A program made the position numbers and the translations under genes. The notes beneath the pieces were generated by a model. It worked only from the letters and a program-made list of their open reading frames with translations. It did no database searches and was not told the DNA's origin. Positions 1 to 9,476 of a stretch of DNA of 38,202 nt are shown here, in pieces. Position 1 is the first letter of the stretch; each line of letters starts with the position of its first letter. Source of the DNA: Fibrobacteria bacterium (lineage in GTDB: Bacteria; Fibrobacterota; Fibrobacteria; UBA11236); the NCBI GenBank assembly GCA_043745805.1, contig JAYTSD010000048.1, positions 1-38,202 of the forward strand, read 5' to 3'.

Positions 1-98
1 GTGATAGCTGCTGTTAAGCTTGTCTTACCATGATCCACGTGACCAATGGTTCCAATGTTTACATGCGGTTTCTTCCGCTCAAATTTCGCTTTAGCCAT
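1..98 (-). CDS. tuf: Elongation factor Tu, N-terminal fragment (runs off window)
   Basis: Reverse strand from ATG at 98 reads [33 protein letters not shown] (EF-Tu P-loop GHVDHGKT). SD-like GGGAGG at 116-111. Lies downstream of a Thr-Tyr-Gly-Thr tRNA cluster. Confidence 0.98.
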   Translation of the reverse strand, partial: MAKAKFERKKPHVNIGTIGHVDHGKTSLTAAI

Positions 99-256
99 GT
101 TATTTTAGAACCTCCCGTTCGGTTTTCATTGAGAAAAAAATTTTAGAGCAGTAATTTATAGTAATATTCCTAAGATCTTTCACTACTTTTCATCGTAATT
201 TGTTTAAGCTCACTCACTTAGGCTTTCATAAAACCCAAATGACCTTCGCTCTTTTA

Positions 257-331
<75 letters not shown>

Positions 332-373
332 ACAAATTTTTTCAACTATTTATTTACGGATGCACGGCTAGAA

Positions 374-449
374 TGGAGCGAGCTAACGGACTCGAACCGT
401 CAACAGCCACCTTGGAAGGGTGGTACTCTACCAATTGAGTTAAGCTCGC
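374..449 (-). tRNA. tRNA-Gly(TCC)
   Basis: GCGAGCTTAACTCAATTGGTAGAGTA-CCACC CT TCC AA GGTGG-CTGTTGACGGTTCGAGTCCGTTAGCTCGCTCCA; CCA encoded. Confidence 0.97.
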
Positions 450-499
450 TCGGATTCTTTTCCATGTATATGCTTTAGTTGCAAGCATATTTTTTAAAC

Positions 500-581
500 T
501 GGGCCGAGGTGGGTTCGAACCACCGTAGGCGTAGCCAGAGGATTTACAGTCCTCCCCCATTAACCACTCGGGCATCGACCC
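500..581 (-). tRNA. tRNA-Tyr(GTA), CCA not encoded
   Basis: GGGTCGATGCCCGAGTGGTTAATGGGG-GAGGA CT GTA AA TCCTC-long variable arm-GGTGGTTCGAACCCACCTCGGCCCA, then GTT rather than CCA. Confidence 0.96.
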
Positions 582-615
582 AGTTTTATTTTTCCGTCCC
601 TTTTTTAAGCATTAG

Positions 616-691
616 TGGAGCCAACGATAGGAGTCGAACCCACGACCACCTGATTACAAATCAGGAGCTCTACCAACTGAGCTACGTTGGC
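616..691 (-). tRNA. tRNA-Thr(TGT)
   Basis: GCCAACGTAGCTCAGTTGGTAGAGCT-CCTGA TT TGT AA TCAGG-TGGTCGTGGGTTCGACTCCTATCGTTGGCTCCA; CCA encoded. Confidence 0.97.
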
Positions 692-776
692 TCGAATACT
701 GCTGCCCAATGATTGCTAACATGTTCTTTTTTCAAGAAATACACGAAAGCCTTCATTTTTTTCAAAGAGAGCGAGA

Positions 777-806
777 AATTTAGCAATTGGCACGATTTTT
801 TGTCAA
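777..806 (-). promoter_or_regulatory. Candidate sigma70 promoter of the tRNA-tuf operon
   Basis: Minus strand TTGACA (806-801, overlapping the upstream gene's TGA), 18 nt, TAAATT (782-777), about 85 nt before tRNA-Thr(TGT). Confidence 0.55.
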
Positions 807-2071
807 GCTTTGAGCGCGATTCTTGCTAGTGCCGTCATTCTCTCCAAAATTGTGGGGTGAGAGTAATAAAAGGCGCTGTACCAAGGGTGAGGGGTGAGGT
901 TTGAGAGGTTTTTTTCCGCTAATTTGAGCAAAGCATTCTGCATTGATTCTCGATCTTTGCATAAACCAGCCGAATATGCATCTGCTTCATATTCATGTTG
1001 CCGAGAAATACGGTTTCTCCAAGGAGAAATTAAAATGGAAAAAACCGAAATACTTGTGAAAAAAAGAAATAGGCCCATCGCATGGGAAGCTTTTTCTAAA
1101 CCGAAGGCTTGATAAAGGGGCAGCCAATGCAATAATAAAGAAAACAAATAAAGCAGCAAGCCCATTCCCACAAAATAAAAGGCCAAAGATTTATAAATAT
1201 GTTTTTTCTTATAATGCCCAATTTCATGGGCTAAAACGCTGACCAATTCGGGAATCGTCATTTGATTCACCAAGGTATCGTATAAAACAATACGTCGCCA
1301 TTTTCCAAAACCAGTAAAATACGCATTGGAATGGTTACTGCGGCGACTACCGTCCATCACATAAATATCTTGCGTGGGGAAATTCGCCTTCTCTGCCATG
1401 TCCAACAGGGCCTGCTTCAAAGGCCCGTCGGCTAAGGGTTTGAAGCGATTAAATAAAGGAGCTATCCACAAAGGATAAGCCACCATCAAAAATAATTGTA
1501 GGCCCGAAACAAACAAAAATATCCATAGCCACCAATATTTTCCCGTGCTTTCAATAAAGGCTAAAATTGCATATAATATGGGAACAGCGATCACAAGTGT
1601 TAAGAGCGCTCTCTTAAGCATATCTACAATATAAAGCTTCCAGGTCATGGTATTAAAGCCATAGCGGCCTTCTAGATGAAAGGTGGAATAAATTTCAACT
1701 GGAATTTGGGTAATACTTTGCAAAACAATTAACGTGAGAAGAGTTATAACACCTTGGGTTAAAGGGCTAATTGACAAAATAGACAAATGAGTAAATGCCC
1801 CATTTAAGGCCGGTAATAATCCGGAGAATAAAATTATTAAGCTCATGGCATTGCCATAAAATAAAGAAAACAAATCAAAACGCAAATGTTCTAATGCATA
1901 AAGTCGGCTTTTGCTAAAAGTTTCTTCTGTCATTTTCCCTTGGAAGAATTCCGGAAGACTCGCGCGGCGATAAATAAATTTTTGGTTCAATAAATTCAAG
2001 ATCACATGCAGCGCTAAGCCAATCAGGAATAAAGCCAGAAAACCATAAAGAAACCCTTGAGAAGAAATCAT
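803..2071 (-). CDS. M48 family Zn metallopeptidase (Ste24/HtpX-like), integral membrane
   Basis: HEIGH zinc motif, HSNAYFTG, EYEAD and YSHP motifs; multiple TM segments. Confidence 0.93.
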   Translation of the reverse strand: MISSQGFLYGFLALFLIGLALHVILNLLNQKFIYRRASLPEFFQGKMTEETFSKSRLYALEHLRFDLFSLFYGNAMSLIILFSGLLPALNGAFTHLSILSISPLTQGVITLLTLIVLQSITQIPVEIYSTFHLEGRYGFNTMTWKLYIVDMLKRALLTLVIAVPILYAILAFIESTGKYWWLWIFLFVSGLQLFLMVAYPLWIAPLFNRFKPLADGPLKQALLDMAEKANFPTQDIYVMDGSRRSNHSNAYFTGFGKWRRIVLYDTLVNQMTIPELVSVLAHEIGHYKKKHIYKSLAFYFVGMGLLLYLFSLLLHWLPLYQAFGLEKASHAMGLFLFFTSISVFSILISPWRNRISRQHEYEADAYSAGLCKDRESMQNALLKLAEKNLSNLTPHPWYSAFYYSHPTILERMTALARIALKA

Positions 2072-2135
2072 AAAAGAACCTAGGAAAATGGGGATAAAAG
2101 CAGGCAGGTGAAGATCATCTAAGTAAATTTACTTT

Positions 2136-2405
2136 ATGATTAAAGTTTTTCCCGTCGCTTTACTGCTTTGTGCTTGCAGTGCCGTCCCCTTAAAATTTCA
2201 TTGCGAAGAATTACGCATGCGCATGGACAATACAAGTTTAAGTGGCGATCAATTACGTTTCGCTAAAGACGAATTAACAGAATGTGAAAAAAATTTAAAG
2301 CAGGCTGAATTAAAAGATTCCCTTAAAGTGGAACAGCTAAACGATACCTTCACGCCAGCGGATAGCTTAAGTCCAGCGGAATCTACTACTCATGCTAAAC
2401 CCTAA
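2136..2405 (+). CDS. Small hypothetical lipoprotein
   Basis: Short hydrophobic N-terminus with LLLCAC lipobox-like motif; overlaps the cca start, suggesting an operon. Confidence 0.6.
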   Translation: MIKVFPVALLLCACSAVPLKFHCEELRMRMDNTSLSGDQLRFAKDELTECEKNLKQAELKDSLKVEQLNDTFTPADSLSPAESTTHAKP

Positions 2406-3810
2406 AATTGCCCAAGCCGAAATTCTTCCTTCCTGCTTATTGCAGATCGCCGAAAAAATTAATGCTAAGGGCGGTGCTATTTATTTAGTCGGGGGCTGGG
2501 TGCGTGATTTGATTTTAGGGAAAACCTCGCATGATTTTGATCTGGAAGTTTATGGATTGGAAATGGACCCTTTACTTAAGCTGCTCCAGCCTTTTGGTAA
2601 ACCTAATTTAGTCGGTAAAGCTTTTGGGATTATTAATATGCGTATCGACAATCAACAGTTTGATTTTGCTTTTCCGCGTACTGAAAAAAAAACCGATGCG
2701 GGACATAAAGGCTTTGCGATAAACTCCGATCCTTTTTTAACCTTTGAAATAGCCTCCTCGCGACGTGACTTTACTTTGAATGCTATGGGTATTCGTATTC
2801 CTGATATGGAATTAGTGGATTATCATGGCGGTTATGTCGATTTAAAAGCAGGGATATTGCGGCATGTCTCTCCCGCTTTCGCCGAAGATCCTTTACGCGT
2901 CATGCGCGCCGTACAAATTGCCGCACGTTTTGAATTTGATATTGCTCCCGAAACTCAAGAATTATGTCGTTCCTTACCTTTGGAAGAATTACCGCCTGAA
3001 CGTATTTATGCGGAAATCAAAAAACTTTTATTAAAAGCGGATAAGCCTTCCATTGGATTGGAATGGATGCGCAAATTGGATTTGCTCCGTTATTTTCCTG
3101 AGTTAGGTGATTTGATTGGCGTGCAACAAGAGCCGGATTGGCATCCCGAAGGCGATGTTTGGATACATAATAATATGGTGATAGACGAAGCCGCCAAGTT
3201 ACGGTATCCGGAAGAAGATGAATTCGAAAATATGGCTTTGATGTTGGGTGCGCTTTGTCATGATTTTGGCAAACCTATTTGTACGGTGTTTTCCGAAGGA
3301 CGATGGCGCAGTCCCGCTCATGATGTACGTGGCGAAAGACCTACGCGAAATTTTTTAGCACGCCTCACGCAAGAATCCGCCTTGGTAGAAAGAGTGGTCG
3401 CCTATGTACGCGAACATTTACGTCCTGCACTTTTATACAATGCTCGCGAAGATGTAAAGCCTAGTGCTTTTCGTCGCTTGGCTTTACGCGTGGATATTGA
3501 AAAATTAATTCGCGTGGCGCGTGCAGATCATTTTGGACGTACCACTCCCGATGCTTTAGCAAGGGAGTTTCCTGCTGGGGAATGGCTTTTGGAACAAAGT
3601 CGATTGCTTAATGTTTTGGATGAAAAACCTAAGCCTTATTTAACCGGAAAATTTCTTTTGAGCTTAGGTCTACCGCCAGGCCCACAAGTGGGAGAAATTA
3701 TTCGCGAAAGTTTTGAATTACAGTTGGAAGGGGAATTGGCTTCTCTCGAAGCTGCGGAAGCTTGGGGTAATTTGAAGGTTACTGCGCTTTTAAAGGATAA
3801 CCCTAAATAA
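2392..3810 (+). CDS. cca: tRNA nucleotidyltransferase (CCA-adding, class II) with HD domain
   Basis: VGGWVRD..DFD, RRDFTLNAM and EDPLRVMR motifs; HD domain HPEGDVWIH...LCHDFGKP. Confidence 0.88.
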   Translation: MLNPKIAQAEILPSCLLQIAEKINAKGGAIYLVGGWVRDLILGKTSHDFDLEVYGLEMDPLLKLLQPFGKPNLVGKAFGIINMRIDNQQFDFAFPRTEKKTDAGHKGFAINSDPFLTFEIASSRRDFTLNAMGIRIPDMELVDYHGGYVDLKAGILRHVSPAFAEDPLRVMRAVQIAARFEFDIAPETQELCRSLPLEELPPERIYAEIKKLLLKADKPSIGLEWMRKLDLLRYFPELGDLIGVQQEPDWHPEGDVWIHNNMVIDEAAKLRYPEEDEFENMALMLGALCHDFGKPICTVFSEGRWRSPAHDVRGERPTRNFLARLTQESALVERVVAYVREHLRPALLYNAREDVKPSAFRRLALRVDIEKLIRVARADHFGRTTPDALAREFPAGEWLLEQSRLLNVLDEKPKPYLTGKFLLSLGLPPGPQVGEIIRESFELQLEGELASLEAAEAWGNLKVTALLKDNPK

Positions 3811-3852
3811 AATAATCTTGGAACTAATTTTTTTAAAGAATTAAATAGAGGG

Positions 3853-4686
3853 TTAAATCTCGCAAAAATATTTTCCGGCATATTTAGCAAAGCGATTATG
3901 TATAGCTTCAACAACTTGTTCCGGATTAAGGTTTTGTAGGTCTTCCATATCCTTATTCCAAGGCAATCTTTGCAAGCGATCGGGTTTTTGCAAATACCCT
4001 TCGACATAGATTTCCGTTAAGGAGCGTTTAGTTCCTTGAAAGATTTTTTGCGGAAGCAAAAAAGCATTGTTGTATTCTAGTCCCACTATAACATAGTCAA
4101 AGCGTAAGGCCAGCATTTCTAACATGGCTAAACTATGGCCGTAAAAATGATCACCAGTCCAACGGAAATTTTCATCCCATTGCACGCTGAACTTAATTGG
4201 CGGAGGAATTTTTTCATTGATTTCAATGCATAATAAACTGGGTTGATACTGTTCTAAAATTTTTTCGAGTACGAAATAATCATAGCTGTCGATGTCTAAA
4301 CTAAGGAAACCAAAATTTTGCGGGACTTCAGCACTTTGTAAAAGCGCCTGCACATTTTGCGGGGTAACACGTGACCTACTCAACCTCACCGAGGGATAAA
4401 TAGCGTATTTATAGGCTAAGCGGGAAAATTTTTCACCATCCCATTCCAAGGCTAGGCCCGCCCAACCTTCATGGAATAAGGCGCAGGAGTTGGAAGTCTT
4501 TTCGCCATCCCCTGCTCCTATGTCAATACAAAATCGATGCTTAGGAGGGTATTGGGTTAAATATTTTGCAATAAGCTCTTGCTCATTGAAATTGGAAAAC
4601 TTGGATTTTATTGCTGCGGCACGAAAACGACGAAATTCATAACCATAAGCGTGCAAACCTTTTTGAATTTGCTGACGTATTCCCAT
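3853..4686 (-). CDS. FkbM-like SAM-dependent methyltransferase
   Basis: IDIGAGDG SAM-binding motif and FLSLDIDSYDY; start overlaps the upstream stop by one base. Confidence 0.7.
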   Translation of the reverse strand: MGIRQQIQKGLHAYGYEFRRFRAAAIKSKFSNFNEQELIAKYLTQYPPKHRFCIDIGAGDGEKTSNSCALFHEGWAGLALEWDGEKFSRLAYKYAIYPSVRLSRSRVTPQNVQALLQSAEVPQNFGFLSLDIDSYDYFVLEKILEQYQPSLLCIEINEKIPPPIKFSVQWDENFRWTGDHFYGHSLAMLEMLALRFDYVIVGLEYNNAFLLPQKIFQGTKRSLTEIYVEGYLQKPDRLQRLPWNKDMEDLQNLNPEQVVEAIHNRFAKYAGKYFCEI

Positions 4687-5147
4687 TAGAGTTCGAGTAG
4701 TATTCCTGCACGTGCAAAATAGGCGCCGACTCCGCCCAGTTTTTCATAACCCCCTAAAAATAGCAGGCTAGAATATTTTCCGTTCTTGCAATCCAAACCG
4801 CCACCGCCACGCCAGATATACCCGCTAGGAGGACCATTCACCGCATAACCGACTTCGCCTTTAAATACCGGAAGTATCACGCGTCCTAAGGGAAGCCGAA
4901 TATAGGCGCTGCCTAAAATGGGAACGGTTTTGGAATTGGCATAACAGCCTTGGCCCGACTCCATACCCAAGAGGACCATTTCGTCAAATTTATAATAACC
5001 ACTCACTGCATAGGAAAAATGTGTTTCTTTAAAATTTCCACGCATAGTAGCACCCAAGGTACCCGCAAGCGCAGCCCCTTCAGCATTTACAAAAGAACAT
5101 AAAAATAAAGCAAGGGTTAAAAATTTGAGCAGGAATATCATTGACAT
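4686..5147 (-). CDS. Hypothetical exported protein, probable small outer-membrane beta-barrel (start reassigned from 5222 to ATG 5147 or 5141)
   Basis: Signal peptide MIFLLKFLTLALFLCSFVNA, Gly/aromatic alternating strands, C-terminal strand YFARAGILLEL; the later start avoids overlap with the upstream GT2. Confidence 0.6.
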   Translation of the reverse strand: MSMIFLLKFLTLALFLCSFVNAEGAALAGTLGATMRGNFKETHFSYAVSGYYKFDEMVLLGMESGQGCYANSKTVPILGSAYIRLPLGRVILPVFKGEVGYAVNGPPSGYIWRGGGGLDCKNGKYSSLLFLGGYEKLGGVGAYFARAGILLEL

Positions 5148-5151
5148 TCGG

Positions 5152-6333
5152 TTATGCAGGGGGAGTCGCGGGAGCATTGCTTTGGGTCGCATTCCGTTCA
5201 ATACGATTCCACATTCCTCCACTAGTTCCCGTCCAGGCTTTAAGCATACCCATTAATAATGCCACATTCATGGAGACAAAGTAAAAGGGAATCAAAAATA
5301 TTTTTGATTTTTTTCCTTTCCCATTTTGCATCGCGCCAATTCCCGCCAATCCATACAGCAATCCTTGCATGGCAAAGGCCAATAAATAAATGGAGCCGGC
5401 ACCTAATAAAATTGCATTAGAGAAGAAGCAGGCCAGCATAAATAACGGCGCCGTCCAACGCAATAATTTATGGGAAAAAAAACTATAAGCCACCAATCCA
5501 AAGCGTGGATTCAATAAGGGTAAGTAATTTTTGATTTGATTAAAGTTGGCTTGGCTAATCCGTACTTTACGGTGAAATTCTCCGAAGGTTTGTGCCGAGG
5601 TTTCTTCGCTTCCAATAGCTTGTGGTTCATAAATAGCCGCATTTCCCGTTTCCAAAACTTGGGTCGTGACAAAAAAATCATCCATGGTAGTTTTCGTGAC
5701 CGGAATTTGTTTAAACAATTCTTTGCGAATAGCATATATGCCACCGTTCGCGCCAATCACCACACCCAATTGGCCTTCCATTTTTTTGATTTCGCTTTCC
5801 AAATTCCAATAAATACTTTCACCTATCCCTAGTGCCGAAGTTCCTGCATCATGCAAAATAAGTCGTCCGCAAACACATCCCACGGAATCATCTTCAAAGT
5901 GCATGAGTAATTTTTGCAAAGCATTTTTAAGTAGCATGGTATTGGCGTCACAAAAAACCAATATATCACCTGTAGCCTTAGGTACCAAATGATTTAATAC
6001 GGCCGCTTTACCACCGCGTGGCGTGCAAATCACTAAGCGTACTTCGTCTTTATACTTATTAACTATTGCATGAGTGGCATCGGTAGATGCATCGGAGCCT
6101 ACTAAAATTTCCAGCTTGTCGCGCGGAAAATCAATATCGAAACAATTTTTTATTTTTTCTTCAATGATTTTTTCTTCATTATAAGCCGCTATAATTATGG
6201 AAACTTTATACTTACCGGGATCACCTGTTCTACGCCGATTGGAAAAAAATATACGGAGTATAGGTAAGGAAAGGGGATAAAAAAAATAGGTGTGAAACAA
6301 AAGTCCCACGCTTAACCAAAAAATGATTTCCAT
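5152..6333 (-). CDS. Family 2 glycosyltransferase, membrane-bound (CESA-like)
   Basis: IIAAYNEE, SDASTD, GGKA, FCDAN, GANGGIYAIR, DDF and RKVRI motifs; N- and C-terminal TM helices. Confidence 0.92.
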   Translation of the reverse strand: MEIIFWLSVGLLFHTYFFYPLSLPILRIFFSNRRRTGDPGKYKVSIIIAAYNEEKIIEEKIKNCFDIDFPRDKLEILVGSDASTDATHAIVNKYKDEVRLVICTPRGGKAAVLNHLVPKATGDILVFCDANTMLLKNALQKLLMHFEDDSVGCVCGRLILHDAGTSALGIGESIYWNLESEIKKMEGQLGVVIGANGGIYAIRKELFKQIPVTKTTMDDFFVTTQVLETGNAAIYEPQAIGSEETSAQTFGEFHRKVRISQANFNQIKNYLPLLNPRFGLVAYSFFSHKLLRWTAPLFMLACFFSNAILLGAGSIYLLAFAMQGLLYGLAGIGAMQNGKGKKSKIFLIPFYFVSMNVALLMGMLKAWTGTSGGMWNRIERNATQSNAPATPPA

Positions 6334-6339
6334 ACTTGA

Positions 6340-6822
6340 TTAGGCTTTTTTAAGAAAGTCCTCAAAGGAAATATTTTTTTCCCTGGCACCGGAGGAGATA
6401 TAGGTGAGCAATTTAAGCATGAGATCCGCTTCCGCATAAGAGGGAAAGGTTCCAATTACTTCGCCTTTAGAATTGAAAAAAAGTAAAGTAGGAAAACCCG
6501 TTACACCCCAACGTCCCACTAATTCGCGAGCACTTACGGATTGACCTTTCCAATGCACTAGGTCTTCGCTTTCAGCATTGAGCTTTATGCTAACAAAATT
6601 TTTACCTAGTTCTCCGATGACGGTTTTTTCTTTGAAAGTTGTTTCTTCCAACTTACGGCAATAGCCACACCAATCGGTGTAAACACTGACGAAGGTGTAT
6701 TTTTTGGAAGAAAGCGCTTCTTGCATTCCCTTGTCAAAATTTTTCCATTGAATGGCATTACTATTTAGAGCAAAAAGGTTTTGCCCTAAAACAAGTATTA
6801 ATGCAATCAGTAGTTTTCGCAT
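6340..6822 (-). CDS. Exported thioredoxin-fold protein (SoxW/DUF255-like)
   Basis: Signal peptide; YTDWCGYC CxxC motif; GFPT cis-Pro loop. Confidence 0.85.
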   Translation of the reverse strand: MRKLLIALILVLGQNLFALNSNAIQWKNFDKGMQEALSSKKYTFVSVYTDWCGYCRKLEETTFKEKTVIGELGKNFVSIKLNAESEDLVHWKGQSVSARELVGRWGVTGFPTLLFFNSKGEVIGTFPSYAEADLMLKLLTYISSGAREKNISFEDFLKKA

Positions 6823-6834
6823 ATTAGCACCTAA

Positions 6835-7164
6835 TTAGAAAGAGCTTTCTAATTTCTCCGTGATTTTGGTTTTAGGATAAGCTCCCACTAATTGTTGCAC
6901 AACTTCCCCGTTTTTAAAGAACAAAAGCGTAGGAATACTGCGAATACCAAAGCGTCCCGCAATGTCCGGTGCATCATCGGTATTAAGTTTAGCCACTTTA
7001 GCTTTGCCTTTATAATCCTTGGCGATTTCTTCTACAATAGGCCCTACCATGCGGCAAGGTCCACACCATGGCGCCCAAAAATCCACTAAAACGGTTCCTT
7101 GAAAACTGCCCACTTCGGCTTCAAAATTTTGACTGGTAATTTCTACAACATTTTCACTGGCCAT
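6835..7164 (-). CDS. trxA: Thioredoxin
   Basis: DFWAPWCGPC and GIRSIPT; 109 aa. Confidence 0.97.
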   Translation of the reverse strand: MASENVVEITSQNFEAEVGSFQGTVLVDFWAPWCGPCRMVGPIVEEIAKDYKGKAKVAKLNTDDAPDIAGRFGIRSIPTLLFFKNGEVVQQLVGAYPKTKITEKLESSF

Positions 7165-7510
7165 TTTTTACTCCTTTATATTTTTTTTCAAACTCATCAA
7201 TTTTAATAAGTACCGCATTCTGAAATACTTTCCAGCTATCGGGTTCTGCCATAATTAATTGGCTTTGTTCATGGAATTTTTCGGGGCTGTATTGATATTG
7301 GGCAAGAATTACTCGCCTCGTTTCACTCACCTTTTCCAGATTGTCGCCATAAGCAACGGTTGCAATCTTTAACTCCACATATAAATCTACAAATTTACTG
7401 TCCCATTTTTTGGGTTGTGGCACGCAGGCCAAAAAAACCGTCAGAAGCAAAACCAGCCCTGCAATTTTTAGTTTACTGCCGCTTTGAAACTCTGTCAATA
7501 CGATTTCCAT
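7154..7510 (-). CDS. Hypothetical lipoprotein (helical, DUF4296-like)
   Basis: Hydrophobic stretch ending FLAC (lipobox); overlaps the trxA start; exact start uncertain. Confidence 0.6.
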   Translation of the reverse strand: MEIVLTEFQSGSKLKIAGLVLLLTVFLACVPQPKKWDSKFVDLYVELKIATVAYGDNLEKVSETRRVILAQYQYSPEKFHEQSQLIMAEPDSWKVFQNAVLIKIDEFEKKYKGVKNGQ

Positions 7511-7587
7511 TCTACCATTAACCTACAAAGGGCATGCCAAAAAAAACCTAGCCACTGTGCTAAATTCCAAATGCCTAAATTTAGAGC

Positions 7588-8502
7588 TTAATTTGTTTCA
7601 TCCTTAAAAAATAATCCTTGTACATACTCTTTTTTGGAAAATGGGACGAAATCATCCAAACCTTCTCCAACACCCAGCCAAGCCACGGGAATTTTAAGTT
7701 CGCGCACTATGCTTAGAACTGCACCACCTTTAGCGGTACCGTCAAGTTTTGTAACAACTAAACCGTCTAGTTTTACAACCTCTTCAAATCCACGCCCTTG
7801 CGCAATGGCATTTTGCCCAGTATTTCCATCGATAACTAGCAAAGCTTGATGCGGAAGAGTTTCATCGTGTTTTTTTAATACCCGAATTATTTTTCTTAAT
7901 TCATCCATCAAATTATTTTTGGTATGTAAGCGACCTGCTGTATCCACAATAAGAATATCTACGTTACGAGCCTTCGCCGCCGCATAACTATCAAAAATAA
8001 CCGCCGCCGCATCAGCGCCATCGCCATGTTTAATCATATCCACACCAACTCGTTTCGCCCATACCTCGAGTTGCGCTACTGCACCTGCACGAAAAGTATC
8101 GCCAGCGGCGAGCAGTACGCTTTTGCCTAAGGATTGATAATAATGCGCCAGCTTGGCAATGGAAGTCGTTTTGCCCGCTCCATTAACACCAATGAGTAAA
8201 ATCACAAAAGGCTTAGCAGCCAAGGGTGGCAAGGTATAGTCGGGGAGTAACTCCGAGGTTATTTCGGCTAGCCAATGCAAAAGTTGATCTTGGTCAATTT
8301 CTAAACCCCGTGCCTTTTTGCGCACGCCGTCAATGATTTGATGGGCTACGGCATATTCAATATCCGCAGAAATAAGTTTTTCTTCGAGCGATTCGAGAAT
8401 GTCTTCGGTTAATTTGCCTTTGCCAAAAACCCCTTTGATTTCTTTAACGAAGGATTCTCGAGTTTTACTTAAGCCAGCGGCGATTTTTTGAAAAAGTCCC
8501 AT
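7588..8502 (-). CDS. ftsY: Signal recognition particle receptor FtsY
   Basis: GVNGAGKTT, DTFRAGA, DTAGR and TKLDGTAKGG motifs. Confidence 0.97.
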   Translation of the reverse strand: MGLFQKIAAGLSKTRESFVKEIKGVFGKGKLTEDILESLEEKLISADIEYAVAHQIIDGVRKKARGLEIDQDQLLHWLAEITSELLPDYTLPPLAAKPFVILLIGVNGAGKTTSIAKLAHYYQSLGKSVLLAAGDTFRAGAVAQLEVWAKRVGVDMIKHGDGADAAAVIFDSYAAAKARNVDILIVDTAGRLHTKNNLMDELRKIIRVLKKHDETLPHQALLVIDGNTGQNAIAQGRGFEEVVKLDGLVVTKLDGTAKGGAVLSIVRELKIPVAWLGVGEGLDDFVPFSKKEYVQGLFFKDETN

Positions 8503-8619
8503 TTGTCTTTCGAATTATTCCGATTATGTAATCGAATAGATGGAGTGGAATATAAATAATCCCTCGCCCAAGGTCATAAAGAAAAGGAAATCGGGATTTA
8601 ACCAGAGGAGGAATTTTGT

Positions 8620-9471
8620 TTAAGCCGTCAAAGCACTTCCATAGGCTTGAATATTATCCCTTTGTTGCGAAATCCAATCCCCAAATACCAATAGTTGTTC
8701 AATGGGTATGCGTACATCCTGTAAATATTTTTCATCTGTTTCCGGAGCTTTTTCATGAGCGGAGATGGTGATTTTAAAACCATGGCAAACCATGTCGGCT
8801 AAATGCACAGGAATCACTTTGGAGCTATAATCGCCTGTTAAATCGGGTCGATGATGTTCCGCCATAGCATGTAAAAGGTCACCGGGAAAACCCCACTTTT
8901 TTGCAATGACTTCGCCTAATTGTCCGTGGTCGAATCCTAATAAAGCTCTTTCCGCGTCTTCCAAGGTACATTCATGGACCAATGTATATTCGTTCAAAGC
9001 CTTAAAATCACCAGCAGAAATTTCTACGAGTACACCAATATCATGTAATAATCCCATACTGAAAAATTCTTCTTGTTCTTGGCGACTGTAAATCTTCATG
9101 TACTCCGCAATATGACGAGACAGTAGGGAAACCGCTACCGAATGAGACCAAAAGGGCATCCAAACATTTGTGGCAGGCGTAGAAAGTGAAGTGGCTAGAG
9201 CAATGCGTGCAATATTTTGATTGCCCAAACGAACAACCGCTGCTTTTAGCGAGCTAATAGATTTGGGATTGCCATAAAAGGCCGAATTAGCCACACGCAA
9301 AATTTTTGCAGAAATTCCAGGCTCTCGCTCCAAAATCTGCACTAATTTTTCGGCATCACAAACGGGATTATTTAAAACCGCAAGGGTTTCGGTGATTATG
9401 GCTGGGTTTTTAAAGGTGTTTTCGTATTGCCCAAAATAGGCAGAAGGATTGCCAAAAAACGCCGCATTCAC
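8620..9471 (-). CDS. HDOD domain protein
   Basis: KILRVANSAFYG, FWSHSVAV, GLLHDIG and KWGFP motifs; GTG start. Confidence 0.9.
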   Translation of the reverse strand: MNAAFFGNPSAYFGQYENTFKNPAIITETLAVLNNPVCDAEKLVQILEREPGISAKILRVANSAFYGNPKSISSLKAAVVRLGNQNIARIALATSLSTPATNVWMPFWSHSVAVSLLSRHIAEYMKIYSRQEQEEFFSMGLLHDIGVLVEISAGDFKALNEYTLVHECTLEDAERALLGFDHGQLGEVIAKKWGFPGDLLHAMAEHHRPDLTGDYSSKVIPVHLADMVCHGFKITISAHEKAPETDEKYLQDVRIPIEQLLVFGDWISQQRDNIQAYGSALTA

Positions 9472-9476
9472 GGAGT

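Noticed and set aside
788..803. TGGCACGATTTTTTGT resembling a sigma54 -24/-12 promoter on the + strand
   Set aside because: The -12 GC is missing or misplaced and it would point antisense into the peptidase gene. The same DNA is better explained as the spacer of the minus-strand sigma70 promoter.
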